Source: an uncultured Planctomycetales bacterium
Lineage (GTDB): Bacteria; Omnitrophota; Gorgyraeia; Gygaellales; Profunditerraquicolaceae
NCBI GenBank assembly: GCA_964582765.1
Contig: CAZOSW010000004.1
Coordinates: 1-54,676 of the forward strand
Direction: 5' to 3'
Length of the DNA: 54,676 bases
Shown: positions 37,801-45,044 of the stretch, piece after piece
Numbering within the stretch: position 1 is the stretch's first letter
Layout of the letters: each line of letters starts with the position of its first letter
Made by a program: the position numbers and the translations under genes
The notes under the pieces: model-generated
What the model was told of the DNA's origin: nothing
Databases searched by the model: none
What the model saw: the letters and a program-made list of their open reading frames with translations, nothing else

Positions 37801-38031
37801 AGGCCTGTGCTGATGACGACAATTACTACGTTGGCCGGTTTATTACCTTTGGCATTATCAACAGGCGAAGGCTCGGAGATTTGGCAACCTTTAGGCATTA
37901 CTATGGTCGCAGGACTGTCCCTTTCAACTTTAATCACTATGTTATTCGTTCCAACGCTTTATGCGACATTTGAAGCGAAATTTAAGAAGAATGCCTGCCT
38001 GCCGGCAGGCAGGGAGGTAAGAAAGAAATGA
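34885..38031 (+). CDS. RND efflux transporter permease (AcrB/HAE family)
   Basis: 1048 aa with 12 TM segments and two large periplasmic loops. VVDNAIVVVDN and VVNNAIVLV motifs. Confidence 0.93.
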   Translation: MNLPEFGVKRPVTNLMIFLGIIIVALYSLSRLGIDLMPEIEPPIISVITTYPGASPEDVEIRVSEPLENQLATTPGLEKITSRSLEGASVVSLKFIWGTNLNEASNDIRDRIEQAKRYLPDIPDEIDNPFIFKFNTAMVPVLFAGVTAGQSYPELFDLIDKKVGDPLRQLPGVGTVQLNGGLERQINIWVDRNKLQGYGFSILDVQEVLKQENVTQPAGNIKSGLTDYLLRIPGEFAAPDEINSVILGKRNGKLVYLKDVARIEDSFKEVTRIVRVNRSRGIVMMIQKQTGTNTVKVASLVKEKLQQLKTTLPHDVKIITMMDSSKDIIDSLNSLKSTVWIGGVLVIFVVWFFLRQFLPSMIIALTIPFSLLVAFIYLFLSGKTINTISLSSLTIAIGMVVDNAIVVVDNVYRHMERGKRPQEAAIFGTSEMFLSIAASTLTTIVVFLPMLFITGVVGIMFGELAIIISVTLVASLFTAATFSPMLCSEWMRFNHGSVKSRNRLFSRFYDLSEHWFERWEELYAKSLSWCLGHKKFVIFGFLGAFILSLFLLKFVGNEFIPEEDSGDLRYTISLPMGTRVEETDKVASRVENIFKENVPEERFIYVSSGQGSAMSLSMGRQSGSHIVSGGAKLVPKTERKRSVKEIAQIIRRKIKQIPGVIKTDIVTGNPISSMITGSGGKQIQVEITGHSFEDTDVLAEKIKEMMAGIAGATDVSISRDLSRPELRVQVYRQKASSLGLNMRNIADSIKTFVEGSIATEFRDKGETYDIYVRLEDKFRANPEDVGNLTIVSPFTGKQIKLSSVARIYEVSGPVEIERKNRERVVRVECNTYKRSMGKVIEDIKSQLRKIPIPSDIVISFGGDAEEQGKAFMDLTLLLLLGMSLVYMVMAAQFESLLDPFIVMFAVPFTFTGVILGFILTGTTLSVITFLGIVMLMGIVVNNAIVLVSYINILRARGLTMLEAVTLGGRDRLRPVLMTTITTLAGLLPLALSTGEGSEIWQPLGITMVAGLSLSTLITMLFVPTLYATFEAKFKKNACLPAGREVRKK
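37994..38013 (+). repeat. Perfect 20-nt GC-rich palindrome CCTGCCTGCC|GGCAGGCAGG at the RND 3' end, abutting the next SD
   Basis: The sequence is self-complementary. Its 3' arm runs into the GGGAGG SD (38012-38017) of the gene starting at 38028. Confidence 0.6.
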
Positions 38032-38321
38032 TGAAAATGGTAATGATTGCATATAATGAAGCGATCGATGATGAGGTGATGGAGCTTCTGGAAAGCTGTT
38101 CCTTAAATAATTACACTAAAATAAAAGGAGTTTTTGGCAAGGGCACTACATCAGGCACTCATCTAGGGAATGATGTTTGGCCGGGTAGAAACAATATTTT
38201 ATATGCCGCCTGTTTAGAGGCTGAAGCAGAGCAGTTGCTCGCCTGTATTAAGGAATTGCGCAAAACACTAGGCAAAGAAGGCGCCAAGGCTTTTGTCTGG
38301 AATTTAGAAGATAATATTTAA
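38028..38321 (+). CDS. PG0541-family transporter-associated small protein (PII-like)
   Basis: MVMIAYNEAIDDEVMELLESC..NYTKIKGVFGKGTTSGTHLGNDVWPGRNNILY, found after RND pumps (family name recalled from memory). ATGA overlap with the RND gene. Confidence 0.6.
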   Translation: MMKMVMIAYNEAIDDEVMELLESCSLNNYTKIKGVFGKGTTSGTHLGNDVWPGRNNILYAACLEAEAEQLLACIKELRKTLGKEGAKAFVWNLEDNI

Positions 38322-38323
38322 AG

Positions 38324-38367
38324 TTAGGGACAGCTACTATTTTTTAAAAAATAGTCGCTGTCCCTAA
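38324..38367 (+). terminator. Long palindromic hairpin terminator (bidirectional type)
   Basis: TTAGGGACAGCTACTATTTTT / AAAAATAGTCGCTGTCCCTAA has a single mismatch, with A/T runs at the centre. It starts 3 nt after the stop codon. Confidence 0.7.
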
Positions 38368-38376
38368 TTAAAGATA

Positions 38377-39498
38377 ATGAGAGTATTAATTCAGTTCGAA
38401 AGAAAACCGGTTTTTTTCCAAAATCCGGAATTTATTATATCATGCACTGAGCCGTCTTTATTTACGCAAAGTTTTCAAGATATTGAAAATGCGCTTAAAC
38501 GTGGATATTATTTAGCCGGATTTTTTTCCTATGAAGGCGGATATTGTTTCGAAGAAAAATTACATAAAAATAAGCAGTATGATTTTCCGTTAATCTATTT
38601 AGGCGCCTACAGGGCGCCACAGAAAAATAAAATAGAACTTCCTAAGCTACCCTATGCGAACACCCTGGAGAATCTTAAATTAAATATTACAAAAAATGAA
38701 TATGCTCATGATATAGATGCAATCCGCAATTATATCGCTAAAGGAGATGTATACCAGATTACCTATTGCATCAAGTTGTTTTTTAAATTTTACGGAGATC
38801 CGCTGTCTTTTTATAATCAGCTTTTAAAAGAGCAACCTGTGCCTTATCCTGCCTATATTCAAACAGACAGATTCCATATCCTTTCTCTGTCTCCGGAGCT
38901 ATTTATTAAGAAAAATTCTACACATTTGATAACTAAACCAATGAAAGGTACCTGGCCGCGGGGCAGCAGTATGTTTTCTGATTTAATTGCGCCGTTACGC
39001 CTTAAATATGATAAGAAGAACCGCGCGGAGAACGTGATGATTGCTGATCTCCTAAGGAATGATTTGGGAAGGATGGGAGTAGGTATTAAAGCGCCCACGC
39101 TTTTTGAGGTAGCCAGATATAAAACTCTTTGCCAGATGACCTCTACGGTAACTGCTAAAGTGGATAAAGATATATCCATTTATAAACTTTTCTCTTCCAT
39201 TTTTCCTTCAGGATCGGTTACCGGGGCGCCAAAGATCCGCGCTATGGAGGTAATAAGTACGCTTGAGAAAGAGGAGCGTAAGATTTATACAGGCGCTATT
39301 GGTTACATCAGCCCTGATAAGGAGATATTTTTTAATATTCCTATACGGACTCTTTTAATTGAAGGTTCGCAGGCTCAGATGGGTATAGGCGGAGGGGTAG
39401 TTTGGGATTCAACTCCCTGCGGCGAATGGAATGAGGGGCTACTCAAGGCTAAATTTCTCACTGGACTGTCGAAAAAGGGAACTTTTACTCCTATTTAA
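38377..39498 (+). CDS. pabB: Aminodeoxychorismate/anthranilate synthase component I family protein
   Basis: Chorismate-binding domain (PMKGTWPRG, ENVMIADLLRNDLGR, GSVTGAPKIRAMEVISTLEKEERKIYTGAIGY). Confidence 0.8.
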   Translation: MRVLIQFERKPVFFQNPEFIISCTEPSLFTQSFQDIENALKRGYYLAGFFSYEGGYCFEEKLHKNKQYDFPLIYLGAYRAPQKNKIELPKLPYANTLENLKLNITKNEYAHDIDAIRNYIAKGDVYQITYCIKLFFKFYGDPLSFYNQLLKEQPVPYPAYIQTDRFHILSLSPELFIKKNSTHLITKPMKGTWPRGSSMFSDLIAPLRLKYDKKNRAENVMIADLLRNDLGRMGVGIKAPTLFEVARYKTLCQMTSTVTAKVDKDISIYKLFSSIFPSGSVTGAPKIRAMEVISTLEKEERKIYTGAIGYISPDKEIFFNIPIRTLLIEGSQAQMGIGGGVVWDSTPCGEWNEGLLKAKFLTGLSKKGTFTPI

Positions 39499-39502
39499 TT
39501 GA

Positions 39503-39531
39503 TTGACAAGCCTGGTTAAGCGGGGTATAAT
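39503..39531 (+). promoter_or_regulatory. Consensus sigma70 promoter (TTGACA, 17 nt, TATAAT)
   Basis: TTGACA at 39503-39508 and TATAAT at 39526-39531. Confidence 0.65.
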
Positions 39532-39543
39532 AATTCAAAGATT

Positions 39544-39598
39544 AGGAGCTTTAATGCCGCCAAGGACAACAACTAACCTTTGCGGTTTTTTATTATAA
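39544..39598 (+). promoter_or_regulatory. Candidate translation-coupled attenuator: mini-ORF MPPRTTTNLCGFLL spanning an intrinsic terminator
   Basis: AGGAG at 39544-39548, 5 nt, ATG at 39554, TAA at 39596-39598. The stem is CCGCCAAGG (39557-39565) / CCTTTGCGG (39577-39585) with one mismatch, followed by TTTTTT at 39586-39591. Confidence 0.55.
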
Positions 39599-39759
39599 GA
39601 GAGGTGAGGCATCAAAAAGATAAAGACGTCAGGTAAGGGAAGGAAATGTAAGTACTTACATTGTAAGCATATTTTGAGTATTTATAATCATGAGTCTTAT
39701 TGCCATGTGCATCTTGGTCTTTTAGCTAATAGCGAAAAAACTAAGGCGGTTAAAGCGTT

Positions 39760-41064
39760 ATGACAAATAAAGCGGCTATAAATAATATCACAGAAGCACC
39801 TGCTAATTTTTATGGTTTAGGTATTGCTCCTAAGATCCTGGATATCTTGGAACGCATGAAATTTAAGGTTCCGACTCCTGTCCAGTTAAAGGCAATTCCT
39901 CTTGCCCTTGAAGGAAAAGATATCATAGGTATTGCTCAGACGGGGACTGGAAAGACTCATTCTTTTGCTATTCCTATGGTACAGCGGCTGGTGCAGAAAA
40001 AAGGTATAGGACTAGTGCTTGCGCCGACAAGGGAACTAGCTATTCAGATTGATGAAGCTTTTCAGGAGATTGCCCGCGCTTTTAGTATGAGGACTGCTTG
40101 TTTAATCGGCGGAGCACCTATGCCTCCTCAGGTTCAGGCTTTGCGCAGGGAACCGCATATAGTTATTGCAACCCCGGGGAGATTAATTGACCATATGTCG
40201 CAGTGGAATTTTCTGCCGGATAGCGTAATAATGCTGGTGCTTGATGAGGCGGATCGAATGTTGGATATGGGTTTTGCGCCGCAAATAGAGAAAATATTGC
40301 GTTTTCTCCCTCGCGAAAGGCAAACCATGTTATTTTCGGCGACTATGCCAAAAGAAATTATGAATATAGCTGCTAAATATATGAAATTACCCCTGAGTGT
40401 TGAAATAGCTCCTTCGGGAACTACTGTTGAGCTTGTTACTCAAGAATTATTTATCGTGAAAAAAGAGGCAAAAACACAACTGTTAAGGAAGCTGCTTGGC
40501 CAATATCACGGTACAGTTTTATTATTTTCACGCACCAAGCATAATGCTAAAAAAATTGTTAGATCAATCAGGGATATGGGGTACTCTGCTTCAGAGATTC
40601 ATTCTAATCGATCTTTGGTTCAGCGTAGAGATGCATTAGAAGGTTTTAAATCCGGGAAATACAGGGTATTAGTCGCAACGGATATTGCATCGCGCGGTAT
40701 TGATGTTACCGGAATTGAATTGGTGCTTAATTATGATTTGCCTGAGGATGCGGAAAATTACGTGCATCGTATCGGCCGCACTGCCCGGGCCGGGCACAAG
40801 GGCCATGCTATTTCTTTTGCCACTCCTGATCAGGGCAATGATGTGCGCGATATTGAAAAACTTATTAAAGCCACTCTGCCTGTATCAAAACATGCGGAGC
40901 TTACCCTGGATAAATTCGGTGAACCTAGCCACCGCCTTGGCCGAAGCCGTGCATATCAATCTAGCCATGGACAGCCAAGAGGAGGCCAGTCAAACTATGG
41001 GCAGCCGAGGCATGCCCAGCCGAAGAAACCTTTTAAATACCCTAAGCCAAAATTCTACCGTTAA
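39760..41064 (+). CDS. DEAD-box ATP-dependent RNA helicase (RhlE/CsdA-like)
   Basis: Q motif, AQTGTGKT, DEAD, SAT and HRIGRTARAG. Basic G/Q/P-rich C-terminal tail. Confidence 0.93.
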   Translation: MTNKAAINNITEAPANFYGLGIAPKILDILERMKFKVPTPVQLKAIPLALEGKDIIGIAQTGTGKTHSFAIPMVQRLVQKKGIGLVLAPTRELAIQIDEAFQEIARAFSMRTACLIGGAPMPPQVQALRREPHIVIATPGRLIDHMSQWNFLPDSVIMLVLDEADRMLDMGFAPQIEKILRFLPRERQTMLFSATMPKEIMNIAAKYMKLPLSVEIAPSGTTVELVTQELFIVKKEAKTQLLRKLLGQYHGTVLLFSRTKHNAKKIVRSIRDMGYSASEIHSNRSLVQRRDALEGFKSGKYRVLVATDIASRGIDVTGIELVLNYDLPEDAENYVHRIGRTARAGHKGHAISFATPDQGNDVRDIEKLIKATLPVSKHAELTLDKFGEPSHRLGRSRAYQSSHGQPRGGQSNYGQPRHAQPKKPFKYPKPKFYR

Positions 41065-41101
41065 GTTACTAATCTTTTCAATAGGTTCCGTTTTAAAATT
41101 C

Positions 41102-41130
41102 TTGCTATAACAAACTTTTTTGCCTATAAT
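41102..41130 (+). promoter_or_regulatory. Sigma70-like promoter (TTGCTA, 17 nt, TATAAT) followed by the IR CTTTAA-N7-TTAAAG
   Basis: TTGCTA at 41102-41107 and TATAAT at 41125-41130. The inverted repeat at 41133-41151 abuts the ATG at 41152. Confidence 0.5.
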
Positions 41131-41151
41131 ATCTTTAAGTATATTTTAAAG

Positions 41152-42543
41152 ATGAAAGGGCAAAAATTGGCATATAGAAACAAAATTGTTTTTGTTGTTG
41201 TATTTTTATACCTATTTATAATTTGCCCAAACTCGTTTTCTCAGGGCACGACATCAACGGATGCAAATCTCACTCTCGCCGGTACCATCCTAATTGCTTT
41301 TGGAAATAATAAAGATATTCAGATGCAGGAGGCTGAAATAGCTATTGCCAGCGCCAATATCCAAGGCGCAATCAGCCCTTTTTTACCGCAGATAAATTTT
41401 CAGGCAGCATATGCTCATAATGATAAGGTGCTTGCCCAGAATATTTTTTCCGGGTACGGCAATGATAATTTAGCCAAAATTGCTTTGAGCGAATCTATTT
41501 ATAGCGGTGGGGCGAATATGGCTAATTTTAAACAGGCTAAACTTTCTTTAGATGTCCAGCAGGAAACTCTGCGTGCCAAAAAGATGAACGTAGAGTTTGA
41601 TGCCAAGAGGCTTTATTACGGGCTCCTGCTTGCTTATGAGACTCAGCGTATTGCACGTGACGCTTTGGATCAGGCCATCGCTCATTATGAAGATGTAAGA
41701 CAGATGTATAAGCACGGGACAGCATCAAGGTTCGATTTGCTACAATCCGGCGTGCAGGTTTCTTTGCTTGAGCCGAATGTGGTAAAAGCTAAAAATGAAA
41801 TAGATTCACTTAAAGCAGATTTAAATAAGTTATTGGGGCGTAAAGTCGATTTCCCGATCACCATAGATGAAAAGCTGTCATATTCTTTCATTGGGATAAA
41901 AGAAAATGAGTTTTTAAAAACCGCCTATCTCAGGCGCCCGGAAATGAAATTAAAATCCCTAGGTATAGATATTGATAAATGGGAAATTCAAATGGCTAAA
42001 TCCGGGTATCGGCCCACGGTAGATTTTCTCGGCAGTATTTCTTATCGCTCAAATAATCTGGGTAATATGTTTAATCGGAGACAACAGAATTGGAACGCGG
42101 GGATATCGGTAAATATCCCAATTTTTGAAGGTTTTTCTACCAAGGCTAAAGTGGATGCGGCTCGCGCGCGTTATGCTCAGGCTAAAATCGATAAAGATAA
42201 TTTAATCGATACTATTGCCGTAGAAGTGCGTAAGGCCTGCCTTAATCTTAAGGAGGCTACCTCAATTATTCAATCCCAGAAGGATAATGTTCAGGAGGCA
42301 AAAGAGGCTTTAAGGATTGCTGAGGTCAGTTATCAAAACGGGGTGGCGATAAATTTAGATGTTCTAGACAGTCAGGTTTCATTGGCTCAGATACAAACTA
42401 ATTTGGCTTCAGGAATTTATGATTATTTAATGGCGCTTGCCTATTTGGACCGTAGTATTGGTAAACTAACACTAGACGCTTATGTCCGTCCGGCAGGCGG
42501 GCCCGCGCTCAGGTATGGAGAAAAAAATGAGAAAAAAAGTTAA
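41152..42543 (+). CDS. TolC-family outer membrane efflux protein (system 3)
   Basis: Signal peptide and two OEP repeats. Confidence 0.85.
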   Translation: MKGQKLAYRNKIVFVVVFLYLFIICPNSFSQGTTSTDANLTLAGTILIAFGNNKDIQMQEAEIAIASANIQGAISPFLPQINFQAAYAHNDKVLAQNIFSGYGNDNLAKIALSESIYSGGANMANFKQAKLSLDVQQETLRAKKMNVEFDAKRLYYGLLLAYETQRIARDALDQAIAHYEDVRQMYKHGTASRFDLLQSGVQVSLLEPNVVKAKNEIDSLKADLNKLLGRKVDFPITIDEKLSYSFIGIKENEFLKTAYLRRPEMKLKSLGIDIDKWEIQMAKSGYRPTVDFLGSISYRSNNLGNMFNRRQQNWNAGISVNIPIFEGFSTKAKVDAARARYAQAKIDKDNLIDTIAVEVRKACLNLKEATSIIQSQKDNVQEAKEALRIAEVSYQNGVAINLDVLDSQVSLAQIQTNLASGIYDYLMALAYLDRSIGKLTLDAYVRPAGGPALRYGEKNEKKS

Positions 42544-43357
42544 ATTAATTATTTTAGTTGTTTTAATCTTTGCCGTAGGGATAATTTCAGCGGTATATTA
42601 TATTGAGAAAAAGGCACACGATAACGTTATAAAAGTATCCGGAAATATCGAAGGAGATGATGTACGTATTTCTTTTCGCGTGGAAGGCCAGATAATTCAA
42701 CTGCTTACTGATGAGGGCGAGGTAGTAAAAAAAGGAGATATAGTAGCTCTTTTAAATACAGATGAATTGATTAAGGAGCGGGATAATGCCGCAGCATCGC
42801 TTAAGGCTGCTCAATTTGATTATGAGCTGGCAAAAATAGATTATCAAAGATCAGAGAACCTATTTAAAGAAGGAGCAGTCTCTGCACAGAAAAGGGATCA
42901 GGATAAAACTAATTTTGACTCAAGCTACGCACAGGTAGAACAACTGAAAGCTTCTTTAGATTTGGCTCAGACCCGCCTTGATTTTACCAAGCTGGCTTCT
43001 CCTTTAGATGGGTTTATCCTTGTAAAAAGCAGCCTTGCCGGAGAGGTAGTTAAATCCGGCACTCCTGTATTTAGCGCAGTTGACCTGCATAATATCTGGG
43101 TTACCGCTTATATTAATGAAAAAGACTTAGGAAGGGTAAAGCTCGGCCAAAATGCAGATGTAGTTACTGATACATTCCCTGGTAAAAAATATAAAGGATG
43201 GGTTTCTTTTATTTCAAGCCAGGCAGAGTTCACTCCTAAGTTTATCCAGACTCAGGAGGAAAGAGTGAAGCTAGTTTATCGTATTAAGGTCAGAGTAGAT
43301 AATTCCAGCCTTGAATTAAAGCCGGGCATGCCGGCTGATGCTTACATCATCGAATAA
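42527..43357 (+). CDS. HlyD-family periplasmic adaptor (YbhG-like)
   Basis: N-terminal TM segment, then VSGNIEGDDVRISFRVEGQI, a coiled coil and a beta-barrel. The start was set at the ATG after GGAGA, rather than 42482. Confidence 0.8.
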   Translation: MRKKVKLIILVVLIFAVGIISAVYYIEKKAHDNVIKVSGNIEGDDVRISFRVEGQIIQLLTDEGEVVKKGDIVALLNTDELIKERDNAAASLKAAQFDYELAKIDYQRSENLFKEGAVSAQKRDQDKTNFDSSYAQVEQLKASLDLAQTRLDFTKLASPLDGFILVKSSLAGEVVKSGTPVFSAVDLHNIWVTAYINEKDLGRVKLGQNADVVTDTFPGKKYKGWVSFISSQAEFTPKFIQTQEERVKLVYRIKVRVDNSSLELKPGMPADAYIIE

Positions 43358-43360
43358 AAA

Positions 43361-44092
43361 ATGACCACAATTAAAGCCGAAGGTTTAACTAAAAGATTTG
43401 CTTCTCTTGTTGCCGTAGATAATTTGAATCTCAAAGTAGAGGAAGGGGAAATATTCGGTTTAGTTGGTCCGGATGGGGCAGGTAAAACTACAACCATGCG
43501 TTTATTGACTAGTATACTTGATCCCAGCCAAGGAGAGGCTTGGGTTTTTAATAAACATACTGTAAAAGAAGCAGAAAGCCTTAAAGAATGCATTGCGTAT
43601 ATGTCTCAGCGTTTCGGGCTTTATGAAGAACTAAGTGTAATTGAAAATATTAATTTTTATGCGGATGTTTACGGAGTGTCTAGGGATAAGCGCCTAGAAT
43701 CTGTTGATCGACTGTTAGGTTTTTCCGGATTGCTGCCTTTTAAACAGCGCTTAGCTGGGAAGCTTTCCGGAGGGATGAAACAAAAACTCGGGCTTGCCTG
43801 CGCGCTAATACATACCCCTAAAGTTTTATTTCTCGATGAGCCTACTAATGGCGTGGATCCGGTTAGCCGTAGGGATTTTTGGAGGATTCTTTATGATCTC
43901 TTAAAAGAGAAGGTAACTATCTTTTGTTCTACATGTTATCTTGATGAAGCAGAGCGTTGCCATAGAGTGGGCCTGATGCATAAAGGAAAACTTTTACGCT
44001 GCGACACACCCGATGCTATTAAAAATGAATGCAACGCCAAAACACTGGAAGAAGCATTTATCTCAATAATTAAAGATTATGAATCAAAGTAA
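43361..44092 (+). CDS. ABC transporter ATP-binding protein (ABC-2 type, first of two)
   Basis: Walker A GPDGAGKTT, signature LSGGMKQKLGLA and Walker B LFLDEPTNGVD. Confidence 0.9.
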   Translation: MTTIKAEGLTKRFASLVAVDNLNLKVEEGEIFGLVGPDGAGKTTTMRLLTSILDPSQGEAWVFNKHTVKEAESLKECIAYMSQRFGLYEELSVIENINFYADVYGVSRDKRLESVDRLLGFSGLLPFKQRLAGKLSGGMKQKLGLACALIHTPKVLFLDEPTNGVDPVSRRDFWRILYDLLKEKVTIFCSTCYLDEAERCHRVGLMHKGKLLRCDTPDAIKNECNAKTLEEAFISIIKDYESK

Positions 44093-45044
44093 TCAGGATA
44101 ATATCGCCGTTAACGTAGAAAACCTTGAAAAGAGGTTCGGTTCTTTTATTGCGGTTAATAAAATTAATTTTGAAGTTAAGCAGGGAGAGGTCTTTGGTTT
44201 TTTGGGGCCAAACGGCGCCGGAAAATCCACCACCATTAGAATGCTCTGCGGAATTATTTCTCCGACAAGCGGTAACGGCCAAGTCAGCGGCTACGATATT
44301 ATAAAAGAGCAGAATAAAATTAAAGAGCATATAGGGTATATGTCGCAGAAATTTTCACTCTATAATGACCTGACGGTTGAGGAGAATATTAATTTTTACA
44401 GCGGTATATACAAAATTCCGAAGGCAGAAAAAAAAGAGCGCTTTAATGAAGTTATTCAAGCTGCAGGTTTAGAAGGGATGGAAAGAAATCTTACTGCTAC
44501 TCTTGCCGGAGGATGGAAACAGCGCTTGGCATTGGGATGCGCGCTTTTGCATAAACCAAAAATTTTATTCCTCGATGAGCCAACCTCAGGAGTTGATCCG
44601 ATAACCCGCGCTAATTTTTGGGGTATTATTAAAAAACTTGCCTATAGCGGCGTAACCGTATTTGTCACCACGCACTATATGGATGAGGCTGAAAATTGTA
44701 ACCGCATGGTTTTAATTTATCACGGTACAATTATTGCTATGGGGACGCCCCAGGAGATGAAAACCAATTGCATGAAAAATGAAGTGCTTGAAATTACTCT
44801 GCCTGATTCACAGGTTTGGTTAGAGAAAATAAGTAAACTTGATGGAGTTAAAGATTCAGCGCTTTTTGGTTCAAATATCCATGCTGTTGTTTATGACAGC
44901 CCTAAGGCTCTTGCGGCAGTAAAAGAATTTTTACAAAAAGAAAAAATAGAAAAATCCAGCGTTGATAAAATTACCCCATCCTTAGAGGATGTATTTGTTT
45001 CTTCGATAGAGGAATATGATCGCACAGAAGCTAAAAAGAATTAA
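44079..45044 (+). CDS. ABC transporter ATP-binding protein (ABC-2 type, second of two)
   Basis: Walker A GPNGAGKST, signature LAGGWKQRLALG and Walker B LFLDEPTSGVD. It has an additional C-terminal domain. Confidence 0.9.
   Translation: MNQSNQDNIAVNVENLEKRFGSFIAVNKINFEVKQGEVFGFLGPNGAGKSTTIRMLCGIISPTSGNGQVSGYDIIKEQNKIKEHIGYMSQKFSLYNDLTVEENINFYSGIYKIPKAEKKERFNEVIQAAGLEGMERNLTATLAGGWKQRLALGCALLHKPKILFLDEPTSGVDPITRANFWGIIKKLAYSGVTVFVTTHYMDEAENCNRMVLIYHGTIIAMGTPQEMKTNCMKNEVLEITLPDSQVWLEKISKLDGVKDSALFGSNIHAVVYDSPKALAAVKEFLQKEKIEKSSVDKITPSLEDVFVSSIEEYDRTEAKKN

Noticed and set aside
40685-41110. 141-aa alternative-frame + strand ORF overlapping the 3' part of the DEAD-box gene. Other same-strand overlapping ORFs occur at 1534-1785, 2971-3171, 4443-4640, 5050-5274, 46980-47171 and 53056-53247.
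   Set aside because: They are out of frame within genes that show continuous family-specific motifs. They have no SD and no recognisable domains.
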